A DNA stretch of 17,778 bases from NCBI GenBank assembly GCA_965644295.1, contig CBFFRP010000045.1, positions 1-17,778 of the forward strand, in the 5' to 3' direction. How positions within the stretch are numbered: position 1 is the stretch's first letter; each line of letters opens with the position of its first letter. Source of the DNA: Paraphysomonas bandaiensis (taxonomy: Eukaryota; Protista; Chrysophyceae). The notes beneath the pieces are model-generated. The model did not search any database, was not told where the DNA came from, and saw only the letters and a program-made list of their open reading frames with translations. Position numbers and translations under genes: made by a program. Below are positions 1 to 10,493 of the stretch, in pieces.

Positions 1-1
1 G

Positions 2-3000
2 CTACCAGAAGGCCTTTGTGATGGCTGCGCACAAGGCAAGGCTCACAGGAGGAAACATAGGCGCGAGACAAGGCAAATGATACCGACAAAAACCAGAAGA
101 TCGCAGGAGCTTGGAGGACTTATAGCAGTTGATTTTACTGGACCATTTTCACCTCCAGCAATAGTCACAGGAAACACCGTAGTCTTTGGAGCTACCGATG
201 CAGCTTCAAGATACAGTTGGACATTCTATGGAAAACACAGAACCGAGGATTTTGTCATTGAGTGCATTCAGAAAATTGTGGATTATCTGCATTCGAAAGG
301 CAAACGGCTAATACACTATCATGCTGATGGTGGCCGTGAGCTAGTATCACATCGTGTACTGAACTTGCTGAGAAAATTAGGATCAACCTGGACCTTCAAC
401 GCTCCGTACACGCCAGAAGACAACCCCATACAAGAACGACCATGGCGCACGACCAAGGAAAGAACGCTTGCATCCATTTGCAACTCGGGCCTACCACCCA
501 ACTTCTGGGAACAGGCTATGTCCACCGTCACGCATATGAAAAATCGCCTGCCATGCGCCACTGCAAAGGGATTCATATCACCGTATCAGTTCATCCACGA
601 CGAGGCCCCCGATTTATCTTACGCCAGGATTTGGGGCTGCAAATGCCATACATTCATAGACAAGTCTCAGAGAAGAAACGATTGGTCTCCACATAGCCAT
701 ATTGGGTACTTCATGGGATACCGAGAAGATGGACCAGGGTACGTCATATATGTACCTTCACTCAAGGACTTCGTAATCTCAAGTCACGTTTTTTTCAATG
801 AGTGCATCCCCGACGTCAAGGAAAACTACTACGCTGAAATCGAATCAATCACTGAGAGAAGAAAATTCAGAGAATCGAACAACCGAGAGCTTCCAATACC
901 TCGTTGGAATGACCCACACAGATCCACAGGATGGCCTCCAATACATCACGACAAGAATCACAGTCATCAAAGGCCACGTGGCTGCTTACAGAGGATTGGC
1001 CCCACGAGAAAATGAAGGGCGAGTCATCGAGTTAAATGACCCAATACACGCTGCGGACATCGAAAGATACACCGCCGAGCACTTCAGTTATCAGAACGCG
1101 GTATCACCCCCGCAAGAGGAACCAGGATGCCCCGTGGAAGGAACAGCTCCAGGGAGGAGCAGTTCAACCGACAGCCGTCATGACGCCACACGGGGCGGGA
1201 GTCACAGCCATTTGAGAGGACCCTACTCAAATGAAAAGGAGGCAAGGCCTCGCCGCACAGCAGAAGCTCAGCGGAATACAGTGCCGAAGGAGGCACGGGG
1301 TGACAACAAGCGTGATCACCCTGCTCGTAAGGTCAAACGAGCTATCAAGACTGTGAATTCCCAGGGTGACAGGAGCCGGCAAAGCCCGGATGGCACAATT
1401 ACGGGTGTAAGGACACCCCACCGACACAAGGTGAGCCGTTGCGTAAAGAAAAGTCTCCACAGCAAGAGGCAGACCAGGAAAAGGGTAATCATGAATGTAC
1501 ACAAATTCGGTGATAATATATACCACTGTGATGTTGATAAAAGATATTTGTACAACCACAAAACACCTGATAAACATGATAGTTACAGAACATTATACAT
1601 GAATGATGTTGACATCATTATGCATGCAAATGACACATGTAGCAATGATGTACCTAACACACCTAACAATGTTGGCGAGGCACTATCAGGCAGGTACAAG
1701 GAACAATGGCTGAAAGCCATCAACAAAGAAATCAAGTCTCTAGAGAGCAAAGGCTGTTGGAAGATAACGACACCACCAGCAAATTCCAACATTATAAGGG
1801 GAAAATTCGTGTTTAGGGTAAAGGTCAAGCGAGATGAGGTTACCTTCAAGGCGAGGTTAGTGGCTCAAGGTTTCTCCCAGGTCGAGGGTAAAGACTACAA
1901 CGAAACCTACAGCCCAGTCGCAAAGGCCACATCAATGAGAACAGTCATAGCACTAGCAACTATACTTGGGTTGGAGCTTCACCAGGTAGATTTCTCCACT
2001 GCTTACATCAATGCAGACCTCCAAGAGGAAATTTACATGTATCCACCCGCTGGTCTTAATGTTCCAAACGGTAAAGTCCTCAGACTTCTAAAGAGTATAT
2101 ACGGACTCAAACAGTCCGGGTTAAATTGGTATAAATGTTGTACTAATTATTTGTTAGACTGTGGTTTTACCAGATTAGTGTCCGACCCGTGCATATTCAC
2201 GAAATCAATCAATGGTCGACCCATAATTCTGGCAGTTTACGTCGATGACATCATTATCGCCGGTAAAAGTAGGACTGACATCATCCAAATCAAGAATTCG
2301 TTAGCTGAAAAATTCGACATTCATGATCTCGGCCTCCTAGATTACTACCTCGGCATATTCGTCAAACAGGATATACAGAATCGAACTACGACACTAAATC
2401 AATCTCAATACATACGGAACCTACTCCACAGATTCAACATGGAAGATTGCAAGCCACGTAGTCACCCCATGACAACAAATTTTCATATAGACATTCTCGA
2501 AAAGAAACAACTATCTCAAGAAAATCAAGAATTTGTCCAAAATTTTCCTTACAAGGAGCTCATAGGTTCACTTATGTATATTGCTGTGTGCACTAGACCT
2601 GATATTGCATATGCTGTAAACACCCTTGCTCGTTTCAGTACTAATCCAAATCTAACTACATGCAAAGCCGCATTAAACATACTTAGGTACCTCAAAGGCA
2701 CTATCGATCAAGGTCTACAGTACTCCGGGAAGTCTGTTACTTTAACTGGATTCGCTGACAGTGATTGGGCACGCTGTAACTTAACTCGCAGGTCGACCAC
2801 AGCGTTTTGCTTCTTTATTGGAAATTGTCTCATTTCCTGGCAATCACGACTCCAGACCACTGTAGCTCTATCCTCTACAGAAGCGGAGTACATGGCACTA
2901 TCAACAGCATGTCAAGAAGCTATTTGGCTACGGTCACTACTCTCGGAATTGGGCTTCCACATGCCATACTCAACAACCATATGGTGTGACAACAAAGGTG

Positions 3001-3221
3001 CAATTCAACTATGCCTAAACCCCGTACACCACCGACGAACAAAACATATTGCCATCAGATATCACTTCATAAGAGAACAAGTCGCATCGCACTCTATTAT
3101 TGTTGATTACATGCCTACAAACGAGATGCTGGCCGACATTCTAACTAAACCCCTCACATCAAACACGTTCCACAGATTGCGGGATTCACTAATGGGGGGG
3201 AGGTATCAACATACCTGCTAG
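2..3221 (+). pseudogene. pol: copia pol polyprotein (integrase, RT, RNase H), 5'-partial, one frameshift near 843-851
   Basis: Frame is open from nt 2 (LCDGCAQGKAHR, integrase Zn-binding CxxC); integrase core AVDFTGP/HADGGRE/NPIQER; SH3-like WGCKC..GYFMGY..GY; continues in ORF 798..3221 with KARLVAQGF, LLKSIYGLKQSG, YVDD, FADSDWA, KHIAIRYHFIRE, ADILTKPL. Confidence 0.92.
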
Positions 3222-3447
3222 CAATAAAAGAACAAAAGTATCTATCCCACCGGCAGAGAACTCAACCAAGAGACCACGATGGATGACTTAGAGATCTACG
3301 GAGTTTCCCACGAGTATGCTGTATGTTGACATCAGTGTAATCCACAATCTGTGATTGCACTCGTGGGTTTTACCCTCAGTAGAACTATCTCCAAATATAT
3401 ACACCTATATCCATATATCTATGTATACGCCATATGATTATTTCATT

Positions 3448-3456
3448 GAGGGGGAG
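3448..3456 (+). other. polypurine tract (PPT) of copia element 1
   Basis: GAGGGGGAG, ~230 nt after the pol stop; same context (CATTGAG.GGGAG|TATTAG) as the PPT of element 2, whose LTR edge is fixed by its repeat and TSD. Confidence 0.85.
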
Positions 3457-3785
3457 TATTAGGAGTCATTGATTCACGTATATCTCTTAACGCGTGAATA
3501 CAACACACATATACAATGAAATACCAAATAGACTGAATAATTACCAAACTATACATGATACGCGACTGTACAAGATACGCACATGTGTGTGGTGCTAACG
3601 CTCTGCTCAAACGTGTCTTGCTATTATACTATTAGGCCTTATCGTTCAATCTTTATCTCTAATAATATCAAGTATATTCTTACTAAATATTAAGACTAAC
3701 CTTAAATCTTATTTTTAAGTGCTATTTCTATTTGCTCTCATCTGTAACCTGTTCACACAGAAATGGATGGTATAGCATATTAACA
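3457..3785 (+). repeat. 3' LTR of copia element 1 (start firm, end tentative)
   Basis: Begins TATTAG directly after the PPT. Candidate ends: CTAATA at 3664 (6 bp inverted repeat of the start) or TTAACA at 3785 (CA end; 329 bp, close to the 293 bp LTR of element 2). Confidence 0.55.
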
Positions 3786-3928
3786 CCTATCAATGCCTCT
3801 AACGATGATACTCAAACATAACTAGTCGCCTCACATTGTATACATTATACATAGTATAAGTGTATAAGTAGATATGTACCGTGTAGATACTCTATGTATT
3901 ATATATTTTATATGCAGTTCATATGTAC

Positions 3929-4253
3929 CAGAGCTACGTATTGCGTATCCACTGATTGATTTTCAATTAACTGCAATTATAATTGCCTCTGGAATGAAAT
4001 GACTGTTGAGAAAGCTATATTGACAGCTAATCTAGTGTAGTACTACAGAATTGCAATTAATTGCAAAAATTGAAATTGAGACAGCAAGTAATAATTGCAA
4101 TTATAATTTACTACAACCTGCGTATCAAGTATCAATTAATTTGTCAAGTTGTACGTATTCGTCCCCAATACCTTAGAATTACAGCTTTTAATTGCTCAAA
4201 CAGCAAACCTCAACATAATTGACAATTAATTGAGACTTTGATACGTAGCCCTG
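3929..4253. mobile_element. non-autonomous hAT-like MITE, copy 1
   Basis: Terminal inverted repeats CAGAGCTACGTAT / ATACGTAGCCCTG (12/13); many CAATT/AATTG internal motifs; 3985-4045 and ~4097-4120 align with 16567-16660. Flanking 8-mers ATATGTAC / ATTACTAC match only 5/8. Confidence 0.75.
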
Positions 4254-5875
4254 ATTACTACTCAATGTTGTGTACGTACTATGTGGGACCTGTAGTGGCC
4301 TGACGATAAAAGCACTCCAGATAATAGCCAATCTAAAGTGCTCTATATATCGTACACTAAATACTAAAGTACCAAGTAGACCGAGTGGTTAACATATACA
4401 TGGTTGGCTACATACAACGCTTCCTATACTACGATACTACGGCATACGTAAAATATTAGATTATAAAAAGCGCAAAACTACGAGAAATTAATTAACTTGA
4501 ATAATATTACCACACGAAAGACAATGTACAGTCACCATGGACATCGTACAGATATGCCAGTTCGACAGTTCCTGTATCATTGCATCCAGGCAACGGACAC
4601 AGGGTAAGCATGCAAGCGTATCCAACCAAAAGAAAAATTCAACCGGCATCGATAAATATGTACTTGCGTTTTCCCACATAGGGTACCAGACATCTGGTTC
4701 CGCATGGTAACGCAATGAGGTTGTAGTCTGATGTTGCCAATTGCAACATATTTGACAGGAGGGGTACCAAGAATGACGTACACAAAACTTTAAGGAAAGG
4801 ATGGACTCCACTCTTGCAGCGTACCAGTAGACATCCATATAATGAAACGCCTCTTCAGGTACGCTCATAGCCAGTTATTTCCACAGACAGCTCAAGTGTA
4901 GTCTATGAGTGCGGACATAACTACTAACAGCTCCATATATTCTCAATTTGCCACATCCCTTTAAAAGATACGACGGCAGAGGTGTGTCACTCTGTGCTAG
5001 TTATTGCTTGTATGATGAATATACTGTTGTACGTAGATAATAGACAAACTAATATTTGCATACTTCGTATACCGCTGTACAGTTGCTGTACTGGTATACC
5101 GGTATAGTTTTGATCGGAAAGCCCCTTTGTACATAGACATGGAATGCTTACCTCATATGTGAAGTACGCATGAAACGAGTCAAAAATTAATACGCCCGGC
5201 TTAATAAGAGCTCAAAGTATCTGATATATCTGCTACAGTATGAGAGGCTGTACTATACCCCATAATCTCAAGGAGTTGGAAAACCGCTATCTGTTTGAAG
5301 CTTGGTTCCTCATTTCGAGCAGTGGATGCTAACCAAAGCAACGCAAACCACAATACTATTAATAATAATCTATACTCTGTACATCATACTGTATGTGCTC
5401 TGATATGATACAGATGCATGGGCTCCGTACAACAGTACAGTATATCGGTATACCAGGTATACTTACTGTATAGCTGTAGGAATCCTACTGTATTTTCTTT
5501 GTAGGAATCTATGAAACAGTTTCTCCCACTGGAATCATAGTCCAGGCGGCTGTGTTTTAGAGGGGAAGCAACCAAACCATGATATGAGAACAGCTGAGGG
5601 CTCCACTCTATGATTTATAGCCATACCTCATGCCTCCACATTACAGTGAAGAATACTTATCACTTGAGTAAAGTTCGATTGTAATCGCTATCCTAGTTGA
5701 GCGTGCAGGGTTTCAGGGTACGCACGGAGATTGTTACAGTGGGTTTAATTATTTCCATACAGTTCAGAATTATTTCTTTTAGTTGAAAATCCGGAACAAA
5801 GCACATCAAAATCTCCTTGTTTTTCTTTGTATTAAATATATTTGATTCATAATATATTAATTCTTTCGGACTGTA

Positions 5876-8800
5876 ATGGAGAAGTATGACCCGATACGGG
5901 TCCTCGGTGAAGGGTCCTTCGGAAAGGTGAGGGAGTGCCTGTATGTGCTGCCAATCTAATTAAATCTAGGTATACCTCATGCGAGATAAAGTGCGAAGAA
6001 AATTTGTTTGTGTCAAAATTATTAAAATTAAAAATATACCCAAAAAAGAGCGGGAGGCCACTAAGGTAGAGGTGGAACTGCTGAAGCGACTCAACCATCC
6101 GAATATTGTTAGATATATCGATTCATTTTTATCAAGAAATAGTGAAAGCTTATGTATTGCTATGGAATATTGTGATGGTGGTGATCTTGCATCCCAAATT
6201 AAAGCCGCCAGAAGAAAGCTCTTTTCTGAGGACAAAATTCTTCATTGGTTTGTACAAATTGCGCTCGGTGTGCACTACATGCACACAAAGAACGTTTTGC
6301 ATCGCGATTTAAAAACGCAAAATATTTTTCTTCTTGGAAATGGTCGACTTGTGCTTGGTGATTTGGGTATTTCTAAAGTCTTAGAAGGCACAATGGATTT
6401 TGCCCAGACATGTATAGGCACTCCGTATTATATGTCTCCAGAGATTTTCAAGAACAAACCATACAGTTACAAGTCCGATGTCTGGGCGCTTGGGTGTGTG
6501 CTATATGAAATGACCACTCTGAATCACGCTTTCGATGCCAACTCCCTTAACGGACTCGCCCAGAAGATTATCAAAGGACGCTATCCAGCTATCCACCATA
6601 AATACAGTCGATACCTGCGGGAGTTAATCGGACACATGCTTCTACCAGAACCTAAGCAAAGGCCGGATCTCGATCAGATCCTTCGCAAGCCATTTATTAA
6701 AAAACATATTCTCCAGTTTTTTCAGGATATCAGCTCTCGTCCAAGTGAAGGAATTGGGGAGGGTACAATGATTGTTCGCGCAGCAGCAGGAGGTCCTGTT
6801 GGCGCAATGGGAAATGATGCCAACATGCTGAGTTTTCGAGAACAGCTTGACTCGTTGGGAATGACTCAGGCAATATCAGAGGTCATGGCACCGATCTCTA
6901 AGCGGGTTCCGCAAGATGAAGGCGAGGCGAAAAAGATTGCAAAAGAAGCTGCGAATGCCCTGAAGAGAGAGCAAGATCACCGAAAGATGGTGGAGTCTGC
7001 TCTGGAAAAGCTTCGCAAGGAGCGGGAGAGTAGGGCGCGCGAAAGAATGGCAGGGGGTGGGGGAGGGCGCCGTGTCATCCCTAAGAACAATAATTCACCA
7101 TCAGGTCTGAAAAAGGACGGACCTCCAAGCAAGCCCGCAGCTCTGCGCCAACCTAGACAGGGAGGGATGAAGTATGACGTCGGTAATGGGGGAATTGCAG
7201 CAATAGGGGGTCATGCCAGGCGGAGTGCGTCGGAGCAACCTTCTCATGGACACCATGTGGGCAAAGGGCGGAGGCAGTCTGAGGCTCGGGACCGACAGAT
7301 TGCGGAGGATAGAGACAGGCGCCTGCGCGAGGCTCAAGAGAAGCAAGAGGAACTTCAAAGAGAAAAGGAGCGGGAAGAGGAAGCTAAGAGGCGGAGGGAT
7401 GAGATGATGGCGAAGGCGGCGAGAGAACAGGCGAGACAGCAGGCAGACATTGCTGCTCGTAGAGAAGCTCAAAGAGAGAGGGAGCGCATCCGACAAGCCG
7501 AGGAAATTGAACAATTGAAGCGAGATAAACTTGAGCTAGACAAGCGCTCCAGAGACCGGGATGTGTTAAGAGAACAGCGACGAAGAGAAGAGAGAGCACG
7601 CCTAGAGGGTCAACGGAAGGAGCAAATGGAGAACGTCGAAGACAAACTGGGTGAGATGAATGAAGCAGTTGGGAGGTTAGATATAAACAAACGTGTTGAC
7701 GATCGCCAGCTATCAGCCCGTGAGAAGGTTTTGCTGAGGAAGCAAGAAAAGCAGGCAAAGGAGGATGCTGAACGCCAGGAAGCTCTGCTGGCTGCAGAGG
7801 AGGAAAACAGGAGAATACGTATGCAAGCATATAATCAACAGCACAGTCAGTTTCACGGCGACCTCCCTCCTCGTCATCCTGTAGCGGAGCAAAAATCCCC
7901 TGGGGCTAATGGCGCTGACGAAAAAGTCTCGGAGGCTAAGAATATTCGCAAAGAAAGGGCGAGTCTGGGTATGGATGAACTTACTGCCAAACTCCACAAT
8001 GCCCGTGGAGCCCCTCGGTAGATATATTACCCCTTTCATGTGCATGACATACTAACTGAGGATTTGCATAGATATGGACGTGGTGTATCCAATGTAGAAT
8101 CTGCAGAAAATTCCGACTCTGATGAGGAATCCCAGGAGGAAGAATTGTGGGGAGAGGAGGACCCAACTGACGCTCAGGAAGAAGAAGAAATTATTCGCAA
8201 GCGAGAGGAGGAGCTACAAGCTGAACTAGCCAATGCTACAAAACGATGCCAGGAATTGAAGGAGACCCTTCAAGTGACCAAGTCGTTCATTGATGGGAAG
8301 GGTAAAGGTCTTGCTGCTGGAGATGTGCGCACGAAGATTGTGGATGACGTCATCCCACCCTCGGATGACGAGTACGATGATGATGACGACGCCGCGGAGT
8401 ATGACGAGGAAGACGAAATTGGAGTGAGGATCCCTAATTGCAGATGACATGCTGTAATGAAATATCTGTTTGTAGAATTCCTGGGAGGAACAGTCGTGCA
8501 AGAGCGTAAGCTCTGTACCTGCAACTGATAGGGGATATAAGAAGCAGGAGTCGGGCGTGGAGACGCCCCGTGTAAATCGACCGAACCCGATCGCTGTGCG
8601 ACAAGTGTCGTACAAGAATCTCGTTGATGCACCGTCTCCATGTGGCCGGCTGGGGGACCGTATTGTCCGCCTGAAACAAAGGTGCATACTTGCCCTCGGT
8701 AGAAGGGCATTCGATGAGGCGTATGCATTCCTGAAACAGCACGCAGCAGATGATGTGAGTATCATATATGGATTGCATGTACTGTATAAGAATTATTTAC

Positions 8801-8987
8801 TTGTTTTACGATTATGAGTTGGGTCTGTTTATCTTCTTCCATGCAGAGCTCCGATCCTGGCGATATGTCCGATGAAGGAGACAGTCTGAAGCAGAAACGT
8901 GTAAAAGAAATTCTCGGGCCTGACAAAGCCCACTATATGCCTCTGATCGACCAGCTCATATTTATGGAAGACACTCATTCCGGTTGA
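5876..8987 (+). CDS. NEK1: NIMA-related Ser/Thr kinase, NEK1-like; exons 5876-5926, 5970-8017, 8072-8423, 8476-8754, 8847-8987 (956 aa)
   Basis: MEKY..IRVLGEGSFGK|VYL start; HPNIV, EYCDGGDL, HRDLKTQNIFL, DLG, IGTPYYMSPE, KSDVWALGC; long E/R/K coiled coil; C-terminal RIVRLKQRC..LG..AFDEAYAFLK..KEILG..LIDQLIFMED resembles the NEK1-type tail. Four GT-AG introns (43, 54, 52, 92 nt) join in frame; TACTAAC branch site at 8050-8056. NEK family is secure; exact NEK1 orthology is less so. Confidence 0.93.
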
Positions 8988-9305
8988 GGGAACAAAAAAA
9001 TATTCCGCATATATGTGAGATAGTAGTAGTTAACGAGCTGCCTAGAGTTCTACTGTCGTAATAGGATGACTGTTGTCATAATTTTGGTTTTTAAGAACAC
9101 GAATTGTTGTGCAAATATCTTAAAAATTACCCTGGTGCTGGGGAATGGGCGTGTGTGGTATGAGAGTATGCATTTGAGCATATTATAATGATGTAAGTTA
9201 CTTTCACACAGAGAGAGGGGGGGTGTCTTTCAACCAGACTCCAAAAAAATCAGCTGTAAATATCTCTACTTTTGTATGCATTCATAGTTTAGGCATATTT
9301 ATCGG

Positions 9306-9395
9306 CAGGGCCTGGTAACCATTAATGGTAATGCCATTATAATTGCGGGAGACTGGACTACCATTAATGGGCCATTAATGGGATACCATTAATGA
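9306..9395. repeat. probable left end of a hAT-like DNA transposon with subterminal palindromic repeats
   Basis: Starts CAGGGCCTGG; CCATTAATGG at 9319, 9361, 9372 and CCATTAATGA at 9386; lies ~370 bp upstream of the BED-finger remnant. No matching right TIR found. Confidence 0.6.
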
Positions 9396-9763
9396 CCTGT
9401 ACTGTTATATATAGAACTGAGTGTTATTAAGATAATATAGAATATAGTATCTCCTCTATACTCCGAATGAACTCTAAACAATATTCATGCAACTCTACAG
9501 GCACTCTGTGGCAACTCTGTTCACTATCTTCATAATGCATTCCACAGTTAGAGAATAGTGTCCTGATGATATCCATAGCAACGTACCCATATACCCAAAA
9601 CCTCTAAAATAATCATTAAAAATATGCATATTTCACCTAGAAACATTCATAAAAACACTATTTTTCCCCAAAGTTGAAAGAAGCTACAGCAGTACACAAC
9701 TAAGCGAAGTAATATACTCTGTACTTATACCATATAGATATATACACAGCATATTAAGCAACG

Positions 9764-10027
9764 ATGATGGCCGAAAAAATTGATGGCAGTGTAATTTACA
9801 GAGAGTCTTCTTCCGAGTGGATTCAGAGAATCCTCTGCATCATATTTGTTCTTTGTGCAATAACCGCCTTAAACAGGATATAAGGCGAGGTTACACGAGT
9901 TGTGTGAACCATATTACCAAACATGCGGATTATTCTTGGCGAGAGGAACTCGAGAGAATTTTGGGATGTGAAAGACTTCACGGGGGCGATTTATTGTCCT
10001 TTGTAAGAAACAAAGTATCTCCTGCTT
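9764..10027 (+). pseudogene. BED zinc-finger N-terminus of a hAT-like transposase, 5' half (interrupted by copia element 2)
   Basis: MMAEKIDGSVIYRE /frameshift/ FFRVDSENPLHHICSLCNNRLKQDIRRGYTSCVNHITKH..DLLSFVRNKVSPA: aromatic..CxxC..GY...H...H BED pattern. Confidence 0.7.
10023..10027. repeat. left target-site duplication TGCTT of copia element 2
   Basis: Identical 5-mer at 14995-14999; both copies abut LTR ends. Confidence 0.9.
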
Positions 10028-10320
10028 TGTTGGGAAATGCTCATTTTACTTAGATCAAAGAGAGATTAAGTTGTTAGACTAGATAGATTTATTAATATCG
10101 TTTACACAAATTGTGTTAAACAACACAAGCTCGTTTTGTGCCATGCATAAATCACTACTTCTGTAGACCTTTCGCTACTAAACATATCTTGAAAGAGCAA
10201 ACTATTTCAGTTTTCTCAATATCATAACAGCATCTACACATCACCATACTTCACTGTATTCTCGTACATTGTCTTCAAGTACCACATTGAATATACTAGG
10301 ATACAGTCCATATTCTAATA
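10028..10320 (-). repeat. complete 3' LTR of element 2 (293 bp, 5'-TATTAG...CCAACA-3')
   Basis: Bounded by the PPT at 10321 and the TSD at 10027; 10206-10320 is identical to 14880-14994. Confidence 0.9.
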
Positions 10321-10329
10321 CTCCCACTC
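10321..10329 (-). other. polypurine tract of copia element 2
   Basis: GAGTGGGAG on the - strand, immediately before the 3' LTR. Confidence 0.85.
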
Positions 10330-10493
10330 AATGTAGAATGCAGTGATACGAAACAACAATGAGTACAGTGATCTTCATGCTATAAACTAGTCTCATAGGT
10401 AAAATAGATGTGAAATCTTATCAAGATACATATATAACTAGCAGTCAACTAGATATATAGTTATGTGGGATTCTCACCCACTAAAACACACCT

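Larger units (their letters stand above)
1..3785 (+). mobile_element. Ty1/copia LTR retrotransposon, element 1 (5' part lies outside the window; right end uncertain, 3664 or 3785)
   Basis: Domain order integrase > RT > RNase H is diagnostic of copia; followed by a polypurine tract and an LTR-like AT-rich block. No 5' LTR or TSD is available in the window. Confidence 0.93.

Noticed and set aside
798-1015. Overlap of ORFs 77..1015 and 798..3221 as two genes or a programmed frameshift
   Set aside because: A 4 bp duplication explains the shift, and element 2 is continuous at the homologous site.
5091-5456. Inverted repeat CTGGTATACCGGTATA / TATATCGGTATACCAG (15/16) as a possible MITE
   Set aside because: Built on the palindrome GGTATACC, no TSD, no second copy in the window; chance is not excluded.
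7101-8778. Several antisense ORFs (110-179 aa) over the kinase gene
   Set aside because: Shadow frames of low-complexity coiled-coil and acidic coding sequence.
9319-9395. CRISPR-like reading of the CCATTAATGG repeats
   Set aside because: 10 bp units, irregular 1-32 bp spacing, eukaryotic context and no cas genes.
10028-10053. C-terminus LLGNAHFT* of ORF 9817..10053 as a real small protein
   Set aside because: Read-through into the LTR end; the true frame continues at 15000.
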